Assembly: GCA_965198225.1 (NCBI GenBank)
Contig: CBDAOY010000006.1
Span: forward strand, 192,001-256,000
Length of the DNA: 64,000 nucleotides
Direction of reading: 5' to 3'
Origin: Terriglobia bacterium
GTDB taxonomy: Bacteria; Acidobacteriota; Terriglobia; 20CM-2-55-15
In this document: one piece after another, positions 9,593-19,633 of the stretch
Position numbering within the stretch: position 1 is the stretch's first letter
Layout: each line of letters starts with the position of its first letter
Notes under the pieces: generated by a model
The model's input: only the letters and a program-made list of their open reading frames with translations
The model's database searches: none
What the model was told of the DNA's origin: nothing
Made by a program: the position numbers and the translations under genes

Positions 9593-10972
9593 CTTGCCAA
9601 AATAGGCTCTTCCCTCCTTCGTCAGAAGGGCCCATCCCGCATAGATGCCCATGGCCGTTCCGAACGGAAACATCGAAAGAAGGACTACCGCGACGATCAG
9701 CGTCACGATGCGCGCTCGGTTGTTGTAGCGGAGCAGTCCCCTACCCGCCCAGACCATCACAGCGCCCACGGCGATGGAGAACACGCTGACCGACTGGACC
9801 AGGAAGAATACCGGCAGTTCCGTTATCTGTGCAAGCCGTCCGATAATCGCTCCCAGCAACCCTCCCAGTATGGTGAATCCTCCCATGACGATCATCAGCC
9901 ATCCATTCACCTTGATGTGGCGCGGCATGTTCCACTCTTTGCCTTGGGCGCCGGCGCCCGGAGGGGTCGGGGGGTAACCTGGGTGCGGCGCAGAACCGCC
10001 TGCGGGAGGAGGTGTTTGCGTGTAACCGGTCGAGATCTCGGCGGTCCTCGGAGGTGGAGGTTGTGGCGTGACCTGCAGTGGAGTCGGCTGCACTGGTAGG
10101 GCATGCATCGAACTGCTGTCGCGACGGACACGCTTTAGATCGGCCCTCAGATCGGCCGCGGTCTGGTAGCGTACGTTTCGATCCTTCTCCAGCGCGCGGT
10201 CGATGACCAGTGGTATACCTGCCGGTATCTTGGGATTCAACTGGGCGATGGGCACCGGCACCCGATTCAGGACCGCGTCGAACAAGAGCCCCGAGGTGTT
10301 TCCATTGAAGGCCGGGCGGCCGGCGATCATTTCGTAGAGAACCGCACCGAAGGAGAACAGATCCGACCGCCCGTCCAGCTCCTCACCGCTGACCTGCTCG
10401 GGGGACATGTAGGCAATCGTGCCCACGGTGGAACCGGGATTCGTCAACTGGGGGTCGCCGGTCAACGTGAGCTCGTCGGCCCCGGTCGATCCCGGGCGGT
10501 CGGCCGCCAGTTTCGCAAGGCCGAAATCGAGCAGTGTGGCATGCCCTCGCGACGAGATCATGATGTTGGCCGGTTTGATGTCCCGGTGGACGATCCCGCT
10601 GGCGTGCGCGGCATCAAGAGCATCCGCCAGTTGAATCGCGACCTCGAGGAACTCATCGGGCTGCAACGGGCGGCGAGCCACGCGATCACGAATGTCTTCA
10701 CCATCGAGCAATTCCATTACGATGAAAGGCCGGCCCTGATGCTCGCCGATGTCGAAAATAGTGCAGATGTGGGGGTGATGGAGAGAGGAGGCAGCCCTGG
10801 CCTCACGCTCGAAGCGTTCCATCGCCTGGCGATTCTTCGCGTAGTCATCCGGCAGGAACTTCAGGGCGACTGCGCGCCCGAGCCTCGGATCGTCGGCCTT
10901 GTAGACGACACCCATGCCGCCACTGCCGAGCTGCGACACTATGTTGTAATGCGAGACCGTCCGGCCGATCAC
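9590..10972 (-). CDS. Hanks-type Ser/Thr protein kinase with Pro-rich linker and C-terminal multi-pass membrane domain
   Basis: GSGGMGVVYKA, HRDIKPANI, DFGLAK, GTIAYMSPEQ; 3-4 hydrophobic helices at the C-terminus. Confidence 0.92.
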   Translation of the reverse strand: MIGRTVSHYNIVSQLGSGGMGVVYKADDPRLGRAVALKFLPDDYAKNRQAMERFEREARAASSLHHPHICTIFDIGEHQGRPFIVMELLDGEDIRDRVARRPLQPDEFLEVAIQLADALDAAHASGIVHRDIKPANIMISSRGHATLLDFGLAKLAADRPGSTGADELTLTGDPQLTNPGSTVGTIAYMSPEQVSGEELDGRSDLFSFGAVLYEMIAGRPAFNGNTSGLLFDAVLNRVPVPIAQLNPKIPAGIPLVIDRALEKDRNVRYQTAADLRADLKRVRRDSSSMHALPVQPTPLQVTPQPPPPRTAEISTGYTQTPPPAGGSAPHPGYPPTPPGAGAQGKEWNMPRHIKVNGWLMIVMGGFTILGGLLGAIIGRLAQITELPVFFLVQSVSVFSIAVGAVMVWAGRGLLRYNNRARIVTLIVAVVLLSMFPFGTAMGIYAGWALLTKEGRAYFGK

Positions 10973-11143
10973 GAAATCCCCCCCTGGTCGCTATATGGTA
11001 CCCCCTTGCAGGAGAGCGGTCCACGGACACTAATCGGAAGGGCCCATAAGAGAGCTTTGGCCAAGGACGAAGCGTCGGGGAACGATGGATCTCTTCTTGC
11101 GTTAAGGATGAAACCCCATTTATCGCAGATTGATCAGTGGACA

Positions 11144-11259
11144 AATCCGCATTGGAAGTTGGAGATTCGAAATTGCTCGATTTGTCATCGGCCGGGACTT
11201 CGATCAGAAAGAATTTGAAATGAAGCAATTTCCAATGAGCAACCTGCAATGCGGATTGT
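11144..11259. repeat. Heptamer-periodic inverted-repeat hairpin (ATTGGAA-type)
   Basis: aatccgcattggaagttggagattcgaaattgct ... agcaatttccaatgagcaacctgcaatgcggatt. Confidence 0.8.
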
Positions 11260-11407
11260 TCAAATACCGCAATTTGCGATCGACGCAGTGTCTGCGTTTC
11301 GCGAAATGATCCCTAGGAGAGCCAATGTGAGGGGGATAGGGGCCTGGCCCTGCCCCGGGTGGTTGCTGAGCAGAAAAGTCCGTAAAACGTTGTCGCGGTG
11401 CGAAGGG

Positions 11408-11432
11408 TGTGCGGTCATAGACCGCACCTACA
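11408..11432 (-). repeat. GTAG-type REP
   Basis: Revcomp of TGTAGGTGCGGTCTATGACCGCACA, immediately after the oadB stop. Confidence 0.85.
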
Positions 11433-11433
11433 C

Positions 11434-12564
11434 TCAACCCACGACGGCCAGCAGGAAACCGGCCGCAACGGCGGATCCGATGACACCGGCCACATTCGGG
11501 CCCATCGCGTGCATCAAGAGGTGGTTGTGATGGTTCGACTCGAGGCCGACCCGGTTGACGACGCGGGCCGCCATCGGCACGGCCGAAACTCCCGCCGCGC
11601 CGATCAGGGGGTTGACCTTGCCCGCGCTCAGGCGGTACATGGCTTTGCCCATCAGGACCCCGGCCGAGGTACCGACGGCGAAAGCGACCAGACCGATCGA
11701 AAGGATACCGATCGTTTCAGCGGTCAGGAATTCTTCGGAACGGAGTTTCGAGCCGACGGCAAGCCCGAGGAAGATCGTAACTGCGTTGATGATCTCGTTC
11801 TGAGCGGACTTCGAGAGACGCTCGACCACGCCACACTCCTTCAAGAGGTTGCCAAAGACCAGCATACCGATGAGCGGAGACGCGGTGGGAAGCAACAGAA
11901 CGACGAGCAGGAGAACCGTAAAGGGAAACAGGATGCGTTCCAGGCGGGAGACCGGCCGGAGCTGCTCCATCACGACTGAACGTTCCTTCTCGGTCGTCAA
12001 CGCTCTCATGATCGGGGGCTGGATGATCGGAACCAGAGCCATGTAGGAATAGGCAGCCACGGCGATCGCGCCGAGGAGCGCCGGGCTGAGTCGAGACGCC
12101 AGGAAGATCGCGGTCGGGCCATCGGCTCCCCCGATGATGCCGATCGCAGCGGCGTCGGCGAGGGAGAAATCCAATCCCGGAATGAGGTTCATCGCCAGCG
12201 ATCCCATCAATGTGAAGAAGATTCCGAACTGGGCGGCGGCCCCCAGGATCAGTGTCGGTGGGTTGGCGATCAAGGCGCCAAAGTCGGTATGAGCGCCGAC
12301 GCCCATGAAGATCAAGAGCGGGAACACTCCGGTTTCGACCCCGACGGTGTATATGTACCCCAGAAGCCCTTCGGAGCCGCTGATCCCGGCAACCGGGATG
12401 TTGCTCAGGATCGCACCAAATCCGATCGGGATCAGCAGAAGAGGCTCGAACTCTTTGGAGATCGCGAGGTAGATCAGTACGCCGCCGACGGCGATCATCA
12501 GCAACTGGCCGAATTCGAAGTGGGCGAGCCCGGTCGTGGCCCACAGTCTTGTGAGGAGTTCCAC
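11434..12564 (-). CDS. oadB: Na+-translocating oxaloacetate decarboxylase beta subunit
   Basis: [53 protein letters not shown]. Confidence 0.95.
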   Translation of the reverse strand: MELLTRLWATTGLAHFEFGQLLMIAVGGVLIYLAISKEFEPLLLIPIGFGAILSNIPVAGISGSEGLLGYIYTVGVETGVFPLLIFMGVGAHTDFGALIANPPTLILGAAAQFGIFFTLMGSLAMNLIPGLDFSLADAAAIGIIGGADGPTAIFLASRLSPALLGAIAVAAYSYMALVPIIQPPIMRALTTEKERSVVMEQLRPVSRLERILFPFTVLLLVVLLLPTASPLIGMLVFGNLLKECGVVERLSKSAQNEIINAVTIFLGLAVGSKLRSEEFLTAETIGILSIGLVAFAVGTSAGVLMGKAMYRLSAGKVNPLIGAAGVSAVPMAARVVNRVGLESNHHNHLLMHAMGPNVAGVIGSAVAAGFLLAVVG

Positions 12565-12572
12565 CCGTTGCC

Positions 12573-14360
12573 TCAGGCGATGTAGAGAAGAGCGTCCCCG
12601 GCGTGAACCGATGAACCTTCGCGGACGACTATAGACGTGATACGGCCCGCGCGAGCGGCCCGGACCTCGTTCTCCATCTTCATCGCTTCGAGGACGATGA
12701 CGACATCGCCTGCCTGCACCTGTTGCCCCTCGGCAACGGCGACCTTGAAGACGGTGCCGGTCAAGGGAGACGGGAGCGCTTCGCCCTGACTGGACGCTAG
12801 GGCCGGCACCTGTACAGGGCCAGCCGCGGCCGACGCCGGCTGGACCGACGTGACGGCTCCTGCGGGGGTCACTTCGACGTCATAAGGATTACCGTTGACG
12901 GCGACGCGGTAATGCACCGGATGGCTGGGGCCGGACCCGGCGGCCTGCGTGGCGGCCGGGGACGGGGGTTCAGCCTTTTCTTTCCACGGAGGTGGCTCGA
13001 ACTTATCGGGGTCGTCCCTGTTCCTCAGGAAGCGCAGGCCCACCTGAGGGAACAACGCGTAGATCAACACATCCTCGATCCGATTAGCCGCTCGCCGGAT
13101 TCCTTTTTCACCGTTCAACTCCGCGCTGAGTTTCTCGACTTCAGGCGCGAGCAGGTCCGCCGGCCGGCACGTCACCGGATCGGTGCCGTTCAGGACACGC
13201 GTTCTCAACGCCTCGTTGACCGGGGCCGGGGTACGCCCGTATTCGCCCTTCAGCACCGCCGCAGTCTCTTTCGTGATGCTCTTGTAGCGCTCACCGGACA
13301 GCACGTTGACGATCGACTGCGTGCCCACGATCTGAGAGGTCGGCGTTACCAGCGGGATGAAACCAAGGTCCTCGCGAACTTTGGGCATCTCTTCGAGGAC
13401 CTCGCCCAGCCGATCGGCCGCGTCCTGCTCCCGCAGCTGGTTCTCCATGTTCGTGAGCATTCCTCCGGGAACCTGCGCGATGAGTATGCGCGAATCGACC
13501 CCCCGCAGCGAGCCTTCGAACTTGGCGTACTTCTTGCGGACATCCCGGAAATAGCCGGCGATTTCCTCCAGCAGATGCAGGTCGAGACCGGTTTCCCGAT
13601 CGGTGCCCTGCAATATCGCGACGATCGACTCGGTCGCCGGATGGCCGTAGGTGTGGCTCATCGACGATATCGCAGTGTCGGCAAAATCCAGACCCGCTTC
13701 GATGGACTTCACCAGCGTCGAGGTACTCATCCCGGTCGTCGCGTGAGACTGCATCGCGATCGGTACCGACACCGTATCTTTCAGTCTCGAGACCATCTCG
13801 TGGGCGACATAGGGTTTCAGCAGGCCTGCCATGTCCTTGACACAGATCGACTGGCAACCGAGATCCTCGAGCTTCTTCCCCATCTCGACCCACATATCCA
13901 TAGTGTGGACCGGACTGATCGTGTAAGAAATGGTCCCCTGGGCGTGCTTTCCGACCTTGAGCGTCGCCGCGATGGCGGCTTTGAGGTTCCGCATGTCGTT
14001 CATCGCATCGAATATGCGGAAGACATCCATCCCGTTCTCGGCGGCCGTCTCGACAAAGGCTTCGACGACGTCGTCTGCGTAGTGGCGGTAACCGAGGATG
14101 TTCTGGCCCCGGAACAGCATCTGCATCCGGGTGTTGGGCATCGCCGCCCGTATCAGTCGCAGACGTTCCCACGGGTCCTCTCCCAGAAAACGGATGCACG
14201 CGTCGAACGTCGCGCCGCCCCACATCTCGGCCGACCACAGGCCGACCTTGTCCAGCCGATCGCATATCGGCAGCATGTCGTCGATTCGCATGCGCGTCGC
14301 CAGCAGCGACTGGTGCGCGTCACGAAGTACAAGTTCGGTAATGCCGAGTGGTTTCTTCAT
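12573..14360 (-). CDS. oadA: Oxaloacetate decarboxylase alpha subunit
   Basis: [25 protein letters not shown], biotin site EAMKM. Confidence 0.95.
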   Translation of the reverse strand: MKKPLGITELVLRDAHQSLLATRMRIDDMLPICDRLDKVGLWSAEMWGGATFDACIRFLGEDPWERLRLIRAAMPNTRMQMLFRGQNILGYRHYADDVVEAFVETAAENGMDVFRIFDAMNDMRNLKAAIAATLKVGKHAQGTISYTISPVHTMDMWVEMGKKLEDLGCQSICVKDMAGLLKPYVAHEMVSRLKDTVSVPIAMQSHATTGMSTSTLVKSIEAGLDFADTAISSMSHTYGHPATESIVAILQGTDRETGLDLHLLEEIAGYFRDVRKKYAKFEGSLRGVDSRILIAQVPGGMLTNMENQLREQDAADRLGEVLEEMPKVREDLGFIPLVTPTSQIVGTQSIVNVLSGERYKSITKETAAVLKGEYGRTPAPVNEALRTRVLNGTDPVTCRPADLLAPEVEKLSAELNGEKGIRRAANRIEDVLIYALFPQVGLRFLRNRDDPDKFEPPPWKEKAEPPSPAATQAAGSGPSHPVHYRVAVNGNPYDVEVTPAGAVTSVQPASAAAGPVQVPALASSQGEALPSPLTGTVFKVAVAEGQQVQAGDVVIVLEAMKMENEVRAARAGRITSIVVREGSSVHAGDALLYIA

Positions 14361-14400
14361 GTGTATCTATCGGCCATCCGCCCGGAGCGGCGGCCACATT

Positions 14401-14652
14401 TCATTCCTTCATGCCGACACTCGTCCGGTGCGCGTGTATCGACGCGGCAATGGCTGCGATCACCTCGGCGTCGCTGCTTGCGGAACCCTGGATCAAGGAT
14501 GGTTCGGCCGCGACCGCCGGTTCCGGGAAGAGTGCGGCGAAGCGGGACATTGCCTTGACGGCAAGCACCATCATGCCCAACAGAAAAAAGACGACACCCA
14601 TACCCACCAGCATCAGTTGGGCGCCTTCTCTCAGCAGATCTGTAACCATCAC
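14401..14652 (-). CDS. oadG: Oxaloacetate decarboxylase gamma subunit
   Basis: LMLVGMGVVFFLL transmembrane segment and C-terminal VIAAIAASIHAHR; directly upstream of oadA. Confidence 0.9.
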   Translation of the reverse strand: MMVTDLLREGAQLMLVGMGVVFFLLGMMVLAVKAMSRFAALFPEPAVAAEPSLIQGSASSDAEVIAAIAASIHAHRTSVGMKE

Positions 14653-14927
14653 TTCCCTAGAACCTTGACGCAGAGCTGAGCATGTTCTTCCGGAATTCCA
14701 CGAGGAACGGCTCGGGTCTCGCTCTCAGGAAGGCACATGTTAGCACATGAAAAGCGCGGTTTCATGGTATGCCCGAACCCCAGCGCAAGTCGTTGACCTC
14801 GCTCAAACGCAACAACGGGCAACCCCGATCCTTCAGGACCAAGGCTGCCCGTTTCTGGCTCGATAAGGAAAATCATTCGACGGCGCCCGACGATCCAACG
14901 AGCGGGCCGGACGCTATCGGTTTGCGA

Positions 14928-16109
14928 TCAGTAGTGGCTGATGCTTTTGTACTCCGGCAGACCCGTTACGTGATCCTTGAACATGTGGTTCCGGACGTGG
15001 CCCTTCGCCATGGTCTTCTCGGCACCCATCATCCACGCCAGGGTCGGAGCCATATCCATCCGGTTCACGACGTCCTTGATGCGCACGCCCTCCTTGAAGT
15101 CCGGACCGAACCAGACGCTGGCCGGGCGGTGCGCGTAGTAGTAACCGTCGGAGTGATGGATCTCACCGTACAGGTTCACCTCGTCATCGCGGCCCGTCTC
15201 CGGACGGATGACGATCGCGGTGTTCGTGCTGAAGTACGGGTCGTTCCGGACGAAGTCGTAGATCTGACCGAACATCTCGTCGGTCGATCGCGCAACGTCG
15301 GAGTAATCCAGATAACCTGTCTCATCACGGAGGTAGCCGCCGGCGCCGTGGCCGGTGTCGTGGGCGACCATCTGCACCGTGATGATCCGCGGCTTGAACT
15401 CCTGCAGAACATGCGGAACCAGCGCCAGGGCGTGGCCTTCCTGCATGTGCGGAGTCCGTTGTGGATACGGCGTCTCGAGTTTCGGTTCCCAGAGCCGGTC
15501 CTTCTGGACGCCGTCGACGAAGTCCTCGATCTGGCTCAACTCTTTCGCCGTCAGGTCCATGTCGGGAGTGAACTGCTGCTTGACGATCTCGGCCGCCGTC
15601 ATGTCCTGGCCATCGTAGAATGCGTCGTGAGCCTGCAGGCTCGCCCCTCGGGTCTCCTGACCGAAGTCCGGGTGGGACGTGTAGTACTTCCGGTGGAACC
15701 GCCACTGGCGGTAGTAGGACACCGGGTTCACGTACCAGTAATTGCTCGCAGCATCCCCGTTTGCCTTCCGGGCGTAATGCTGGAAGGTCGGGAACATCGG
15801 CTGGTCGCTGGAAACATCCAGACCGGTGAGGTACTCGGTGAACATGTATCCATGGTTGGACACGTGCGTTCCGTGATCCTCCTCGAACACGGTGGACTTT
15901 TCCAACATCGGTCTGATCTTGATGGCGACGTCTTCGCGCTCGTAGTACTCCTTCTTGCGCGCGCCGTTGCCGTTCATGATCAGGATGATGTGCTTGGTCT
16001 TCAAGCCATGATCCGAACCCTGGGCCCAGACCTCCGGCCCCAGCTTCGTCATCGCGGCAGCGCCCAGGCCGGCGCCGCCCGCGGTCTTGAGGAATCCACG
16101 TCTGTTCAT
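14928..16109 (-). CDS. Tat-exported protein with probable alkaline-phosphatase-superfamily fold
   Basis: Twin-arginine signal MNRRGFLK; KHIILIMNGNG, HDTGH, RPETGRD, HHSDG and DMAPTLA resemble AlkP-superfamily elements; AAGGAG RBS. Confidence 0.65.
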   Translation of the reverse strand: MNRRGFLKTAGGAGLGAAAMTKLGPEVWAQGSDHGLKTKHIILIMNGNGARKKEYYEREDVAIKIRPMLEKSTVFEEDHGTHVSNHGYMFTEYLTGLDVSSDQPMFPTFQHYARKANGDAASNYWYVNPVSYYRQWRFHRKYYTSHPDFGQETRGASLQAHDAFYDGQDMTAAEIVKQQFTPDMDLTAKELSQIEDFVDGVQKDRLWEPKLETPYPQRTPHMQEGHALALVPHVLQEFKPRIITVQMVAHDTGHGAGGYLRDETGYLDYSDVARSTDEMFGQIYDFVRNDPYFSTNTAIVIRPETGRDDEVNLYGEIHHSDGYYYAHRPASVWFGPDFKEGVRIKDVVNRMDMAPTLAWMMGAEKTMAKGHVRNHMFKDHVTGLPEYKSISHY

Positions 16110-16183
16110 GATTTCTCCTTACGTTTTGTTGAGCCTTGCTGTTGCTTATAAGTTCCTAACTCTGGAATCGATGGCCACACCTT

Positions 16184-17770
16184 CTACGGAACGTGGCAGT
16201 TCAGGCACGCGCCACGCGGCGGGTGCGGTGGAATCATGTCGACCCTGCGCAGGGTCGGCACCGTGCCCGACCCTGCACGACGCTGTCGATCCGCGTATCC
16301 CGTATTCCCGTAAGCACCCGCACCAGCGTCACTCTCGGAGAACCGCACCTGGACCGTTTCGATCGTCGGGAAATCTCTCGAGATCATGTCCAGGTAGTTG
16401 TTGGCCAGGTCGCGAGCGATGACGCGTTTGACCGTCCACCAGCCCGGTTCATCCAGAGGGTGGATCGAGAACGAGCCCTCGTAGATGTTCTCCTGAACGT
16501 CGTAAGCCGGCTTGATCAGTACATCCGGCTTCGCTTTCGGGGTCAGCGACACGCGACGCTTGTCGATCGAGTTGGGGCTGTGGATGGTCACCGTGATGTT
16601 GTCGATACCCGAGAGATTATCGGTCACGACGGCGGTGAGCTTCACACCTTCGCCCGGTTGGGCGGACCGCTTGTCGATCGACAACGTGATCAACTGTGGC
16701 GGCGTCAGGTCTTCCTGGTCGCCGATAATCATGATCCGCTGGTCTCCGAGGATCGGATTACTGATCGGGAACACCGTCATCTCATTCCTGGCGTGGTCGC
16801 CGATTCGGACCCGCGCGATCCGGTAGGAACCGCTCTCGTAGTGTTTGTTGATCCGGAAGTACCCGACGTACGCATTCGGATGGGCTTCCTGGTCGAGGAC
16901 CGGGGTGAGCGCGACGTCGCTGTACAGGTTCCGTATCGGCGAAGCCAAGGTGACGGTCACCCTATCGACACCCGCAAGATTGTCTTCGATCTCCGCGTAA
17001 ACCGGGATGAGGTCGGTGATCCTCGCCTGGAGCGGCTGCGAGGGCGCGGAACCGTCGAGTGAACCCAGGACGAACTTCTTGAGCACCGGCGGGGACAGGT
17101 CGTAGTTCGGATTGTCCTCGATCTCGAACGACAGCGTCATCTTGTCCATGATGGGGTGATAGTCGGATCGGAACGATTTCCCGTGGCCGAGCTGGTTGTT
17201 CAGGTTCTGGATCGCGAGCGGGTAGTAGATACCGCCGACCTGGTAGGGCGGCACCGACCCTGTCGCTTCCCAGGTCTCGTAGACCATCCCGTCGTCGCGC
17301 TCCTCGGAGCTGATGGCCCTCGCCATGCGCAGGCTCATCCGGGTCTCGCGGCCATCGGGACCCTCATACATGAGGTTGTTCGGGTTGACCGGCGCCTTGC
17401 TCCGCGTGAGCACGCGAACCTTTACCGTGTCGCCGACCGCGACGTTCTTCGGAGTCAACAGCTCCATCTCGATGATCTGCGGCGAAATGTGGTATCCCCT
17501 CAGATTCGCGGCATCGACCCTTCGATCGGCGTTGGACATGAACTCGTCAGGTATCCACTCCGACTCGGGACGCTCGTCGAAGTAGAACTCCATCAGATTG
17601 GGCGCCTGCCCGATCTTGCCGGTTCGTGCACCGCTGTTCAGGATGTCCGCCTGCTTCACACGGTCCGTCACCGGAACCTTCTCCTGTTGCTGGGCGACAA
17701 TCGGGACAGCGATCGCGACCGCAGTCAGCAGAACGAGCGCGACGCGCCATGAGGTGTGGACATATTGCAT
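16184..17770 (-). CDS. Secreted Ig-like-repeat protein with C-terminal magnetochrome-like c-type heme motif
   Basis: AGGAGAG RBS before ATG 17770; Sec signal; repeats DLSPPVL..EDNLAGVD and DLTPPQL..TDNLSGID; ends PPHPPRGACLNCHVP. Confidence 0.75.
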   Translation of the reverse strand: MQYVHTSWRVALVLLTAVAIAVPIVAQQQEKVPVTDRVKQADILNSGARTGKIGQAPNLMEFYFDERPESEWIPDEFMSNADRRVDAANLRGYHISPQIIEMELLTPKNVAVGDTVKVRVLTRSKAPVNPNNLMYEGPDGRETRMSLRMARAISSEERDDGMVYETWEATGSVPPYQVGGIYYPLAIQNLNNQLGHGKSFRSDYHPIMDKMTLSFEIEDNPNYDLSPPVLKKFVLGSLDGSAPSQPLQARITDLIPVYAEIEDNLAGVDRVTVTLASPIRNLYSDVALTPVLDQEAHPNAYVGYFRINKHYESGSYRIARVRIGDHARNEMTVFPISNPILGDQRIMIIGDQEDLTPPQLITLSIDKRSAQPGEGVKLTAVVTDNLSGIDNITVTIHSPNSIDKRRVSLTPKAKPDVLIKPAYDVQENIYEGSFSIHPLDEPGWWTVKRVIARDLANNYLDMISRDFPTIETVQVRFSESDAGAGAYGNTGYADRQRRAGSGTVPTLRRVDMIPPHPPRGACLNCHVP

Positions 17771-17941
17771 GTGCTCTCTCCTGTTTCCCATTCAACTACG
17801 ATAATTCAAACGGTCCTGGAAATAGTCGCTCTCCAGCCCCCCGAACGTCGGACCAGCAGCCGAACCGCGCCGGACGGAGCGGAGGGATTCCCATCCATTT
17901 ACAAGACTGTCGTTTGCGCGACTCAGACGCAACAAAACAAA

Positions 17942-17958
17942 TGTTACAAGTTGTTACA
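17942..17958. promoter_or_regulatory. Tandem direct repeat TGTTACA-N3-TGTTACA, candidate OmpR/PhoB-family binding site
   Basis: atgttacaagttgttacagt, 10-bp spacing, in a divergent intergenic region. Confidence 0.4.
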
Positions 17959-18160
17959 GTGCGACGCCAATTCTACCCCAATTCGGGCAGCAAATCGGAG
18001 CATTTGAGCGAGGGGAATTCCACACTTCGGCCAAAGCAGGTACGCGCACGGGCCGGAATCTTGTGTGGCGCGACTCGAACCGGCCGACGAGAGCGCTCTC
18101 TCAGGGCAATCGGCAGTCCGCTACCAAGTTGACGTCACAGAAGTTATACTTCCTCTCGGA

Positions 18161-18515
18161 ATGACAAGACCAGGCTTCTCGCGACCGATTCGAGCGGTTT
18201 TAGGACTCACACTGGTTCCAGGCGGACGTGGCGTACCTGTCTTTCACCGGCAGCACGGACGGAGAGGACAAACCACGCACGAACCTTCGTGGCATCGCCA
18301 CCCTGTTCATGAACGTGATGCACCTGGTCGCGCGACCCGAAAGCGGAATCTCGAACTTCGAAGACCTGACCCGAATCCTGTTCGACACGCTCCCTGGCGT
18401 TGCGCCGATCCACGAAGCATTCGGCCGTCTCGACATCGAGGCCGCGCCGGCAACACCGATCCCCCTGCATCCCGGCGCCGCCCGTTTTTACCGTGAGATG
18501 GAACTTTTTCGCTGA
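18161..18515 (+). pseudogene. TAXI-family TRAP solute-binding protein remnant with internal deletions
   Basis: Signal-peptide start MTRPGFSRP.., frame change to QADVAYL..LRGIATLF..HLVARPESGISNFEDL, joined directly to TRILF...PIPLHPGAARFYRE. Confidence 0.75.
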
Positions 18516-18586
18516 ACGGCGAGCCGGGTCGCTCGATCAGCACTCTTTCGAGCCGGCCTGCTCGATCAGCACTCATTCTTGAGCTG

Positions 18587-19552
18587 GTGAAACTCGAGAA
18601 CCTACGACTTGGCGATCGCCGAGGGACTCGCAGCCTGGCCCCGATTTTTGTCCTGTCGGTCGGCCTGTTCGCGGCAACCGCTGCCCTGGTCGTTCTCGGG
18701 TATCGTGCCACCGGCCAGTGGGTCGAAAGCGCGCGCTTGCTCGTCGAGAGACGTGCCGAGAACGCGTTGACGCTGCTGACCACCGCTCTGGCACGGGACA
18801 TGGAAGGTGCGCAGGAACTCATCCTGCGGCCGATTCAGTCCGAAACTCTCACGCAGTCCGCGACGTATGAACTCACCCGCCGCGTGGCCCAGGCTTTCGC
18901 GCGGTTCCCATACCCCGAATCTTTTTTCGCGTGGACGGCAGGGGCCGGAACCGCGGAAGAGCTGACGTTCTTCAACCGCACGGACCGCCCGCCGCCCTGG
19001 GGGGAGGTGGCGGCGATGACGAACCCGTTTCCGGTCACGGTCGTCGACGACCCCGTCCGCGGCCGGGAATTCGCACTGTTCGAAATGGACCTGGATGGCA
19101 CACCCTACCAGGTCGTGGCTCATCTGCTCTACGAGACGCCGGTCCAGGATCGCCTGTCGGGACTCGTGGGCTTTGCGGTCAACCTCGACTGGGTCGAGGC
19201 GAACTACTTCCCTGAAATGCTTTCCCAGGTGGCTCGCATCGCTGACGTCAGCGATGATCTGATTCTGGCCGTATACGGCCCTGAAGGGACGATCGCCGCA
19301 ACGGGGCCGACTACAGAAAGCCCGCTTCAGACGCGGGAGTTTCCGATGGTCTTCTTCGATCGCGTCTTCCTGGTGCAGGCATCCGCCGACCTGGGCGTCC
19401 GCTACCTGGATGCCGGCATCAGCACGACGACGCAATCCCGCGCCGTCGACACGCTGGTCGTGAGGCTGAGAAAGAAGATCGAGGTGGACCCGCGACAACC
19501 GAAGTACTTGCAGACGGCGTACGGGGACGGTTATCGGCTGGTGGTGGAGTGA
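18587..19552 (+). pseudogene. Chimera of a sensor-kinase N-terminal sensor region and the C-terminal tip of an OmpR-family winged helix
   Basis: One TM segment plus periplasmic sensor region, then SRAVDTLVVRLRKKIEVDPRQPKYLQTAYGDGYRL; no H-box, HATPase or receiver domain. Confidence 0.7.
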
Positions 19553-19553
19553 C

Positions 19554-19621
19554 TGTAGGTGCGCTCTATGAGCGCACATTCCTCAAGCGGAAACACTGTG
19601 CGGTCATAGACCGCACCTACA
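19554..19621. repeat. REPIN (two inverted REPs) between convergent genes
   Basis: TGTAGGTGCGCTCTATGAGCGCACA ... TGTGCGGTCATAGACCGCACCTACA. Confidence 0.88.
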
Positions 19622-19633
19622 CTGACTACTCTC

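Noticed and set aside
12912-14558. Long antisense/alternative-frame ORFs (also 6586-8049, 14769-16151, 29916-31127, 62585-63922)
   Set aside because: Shadows of well-supported genes, expected in GC-rich DNA; no recognisable motifs
14928-17770. A magnetosome island
   Set aside because: Only one magnetochrome-like motif; no mamA/B/E/K/M/O/P/Q-like genes in the window
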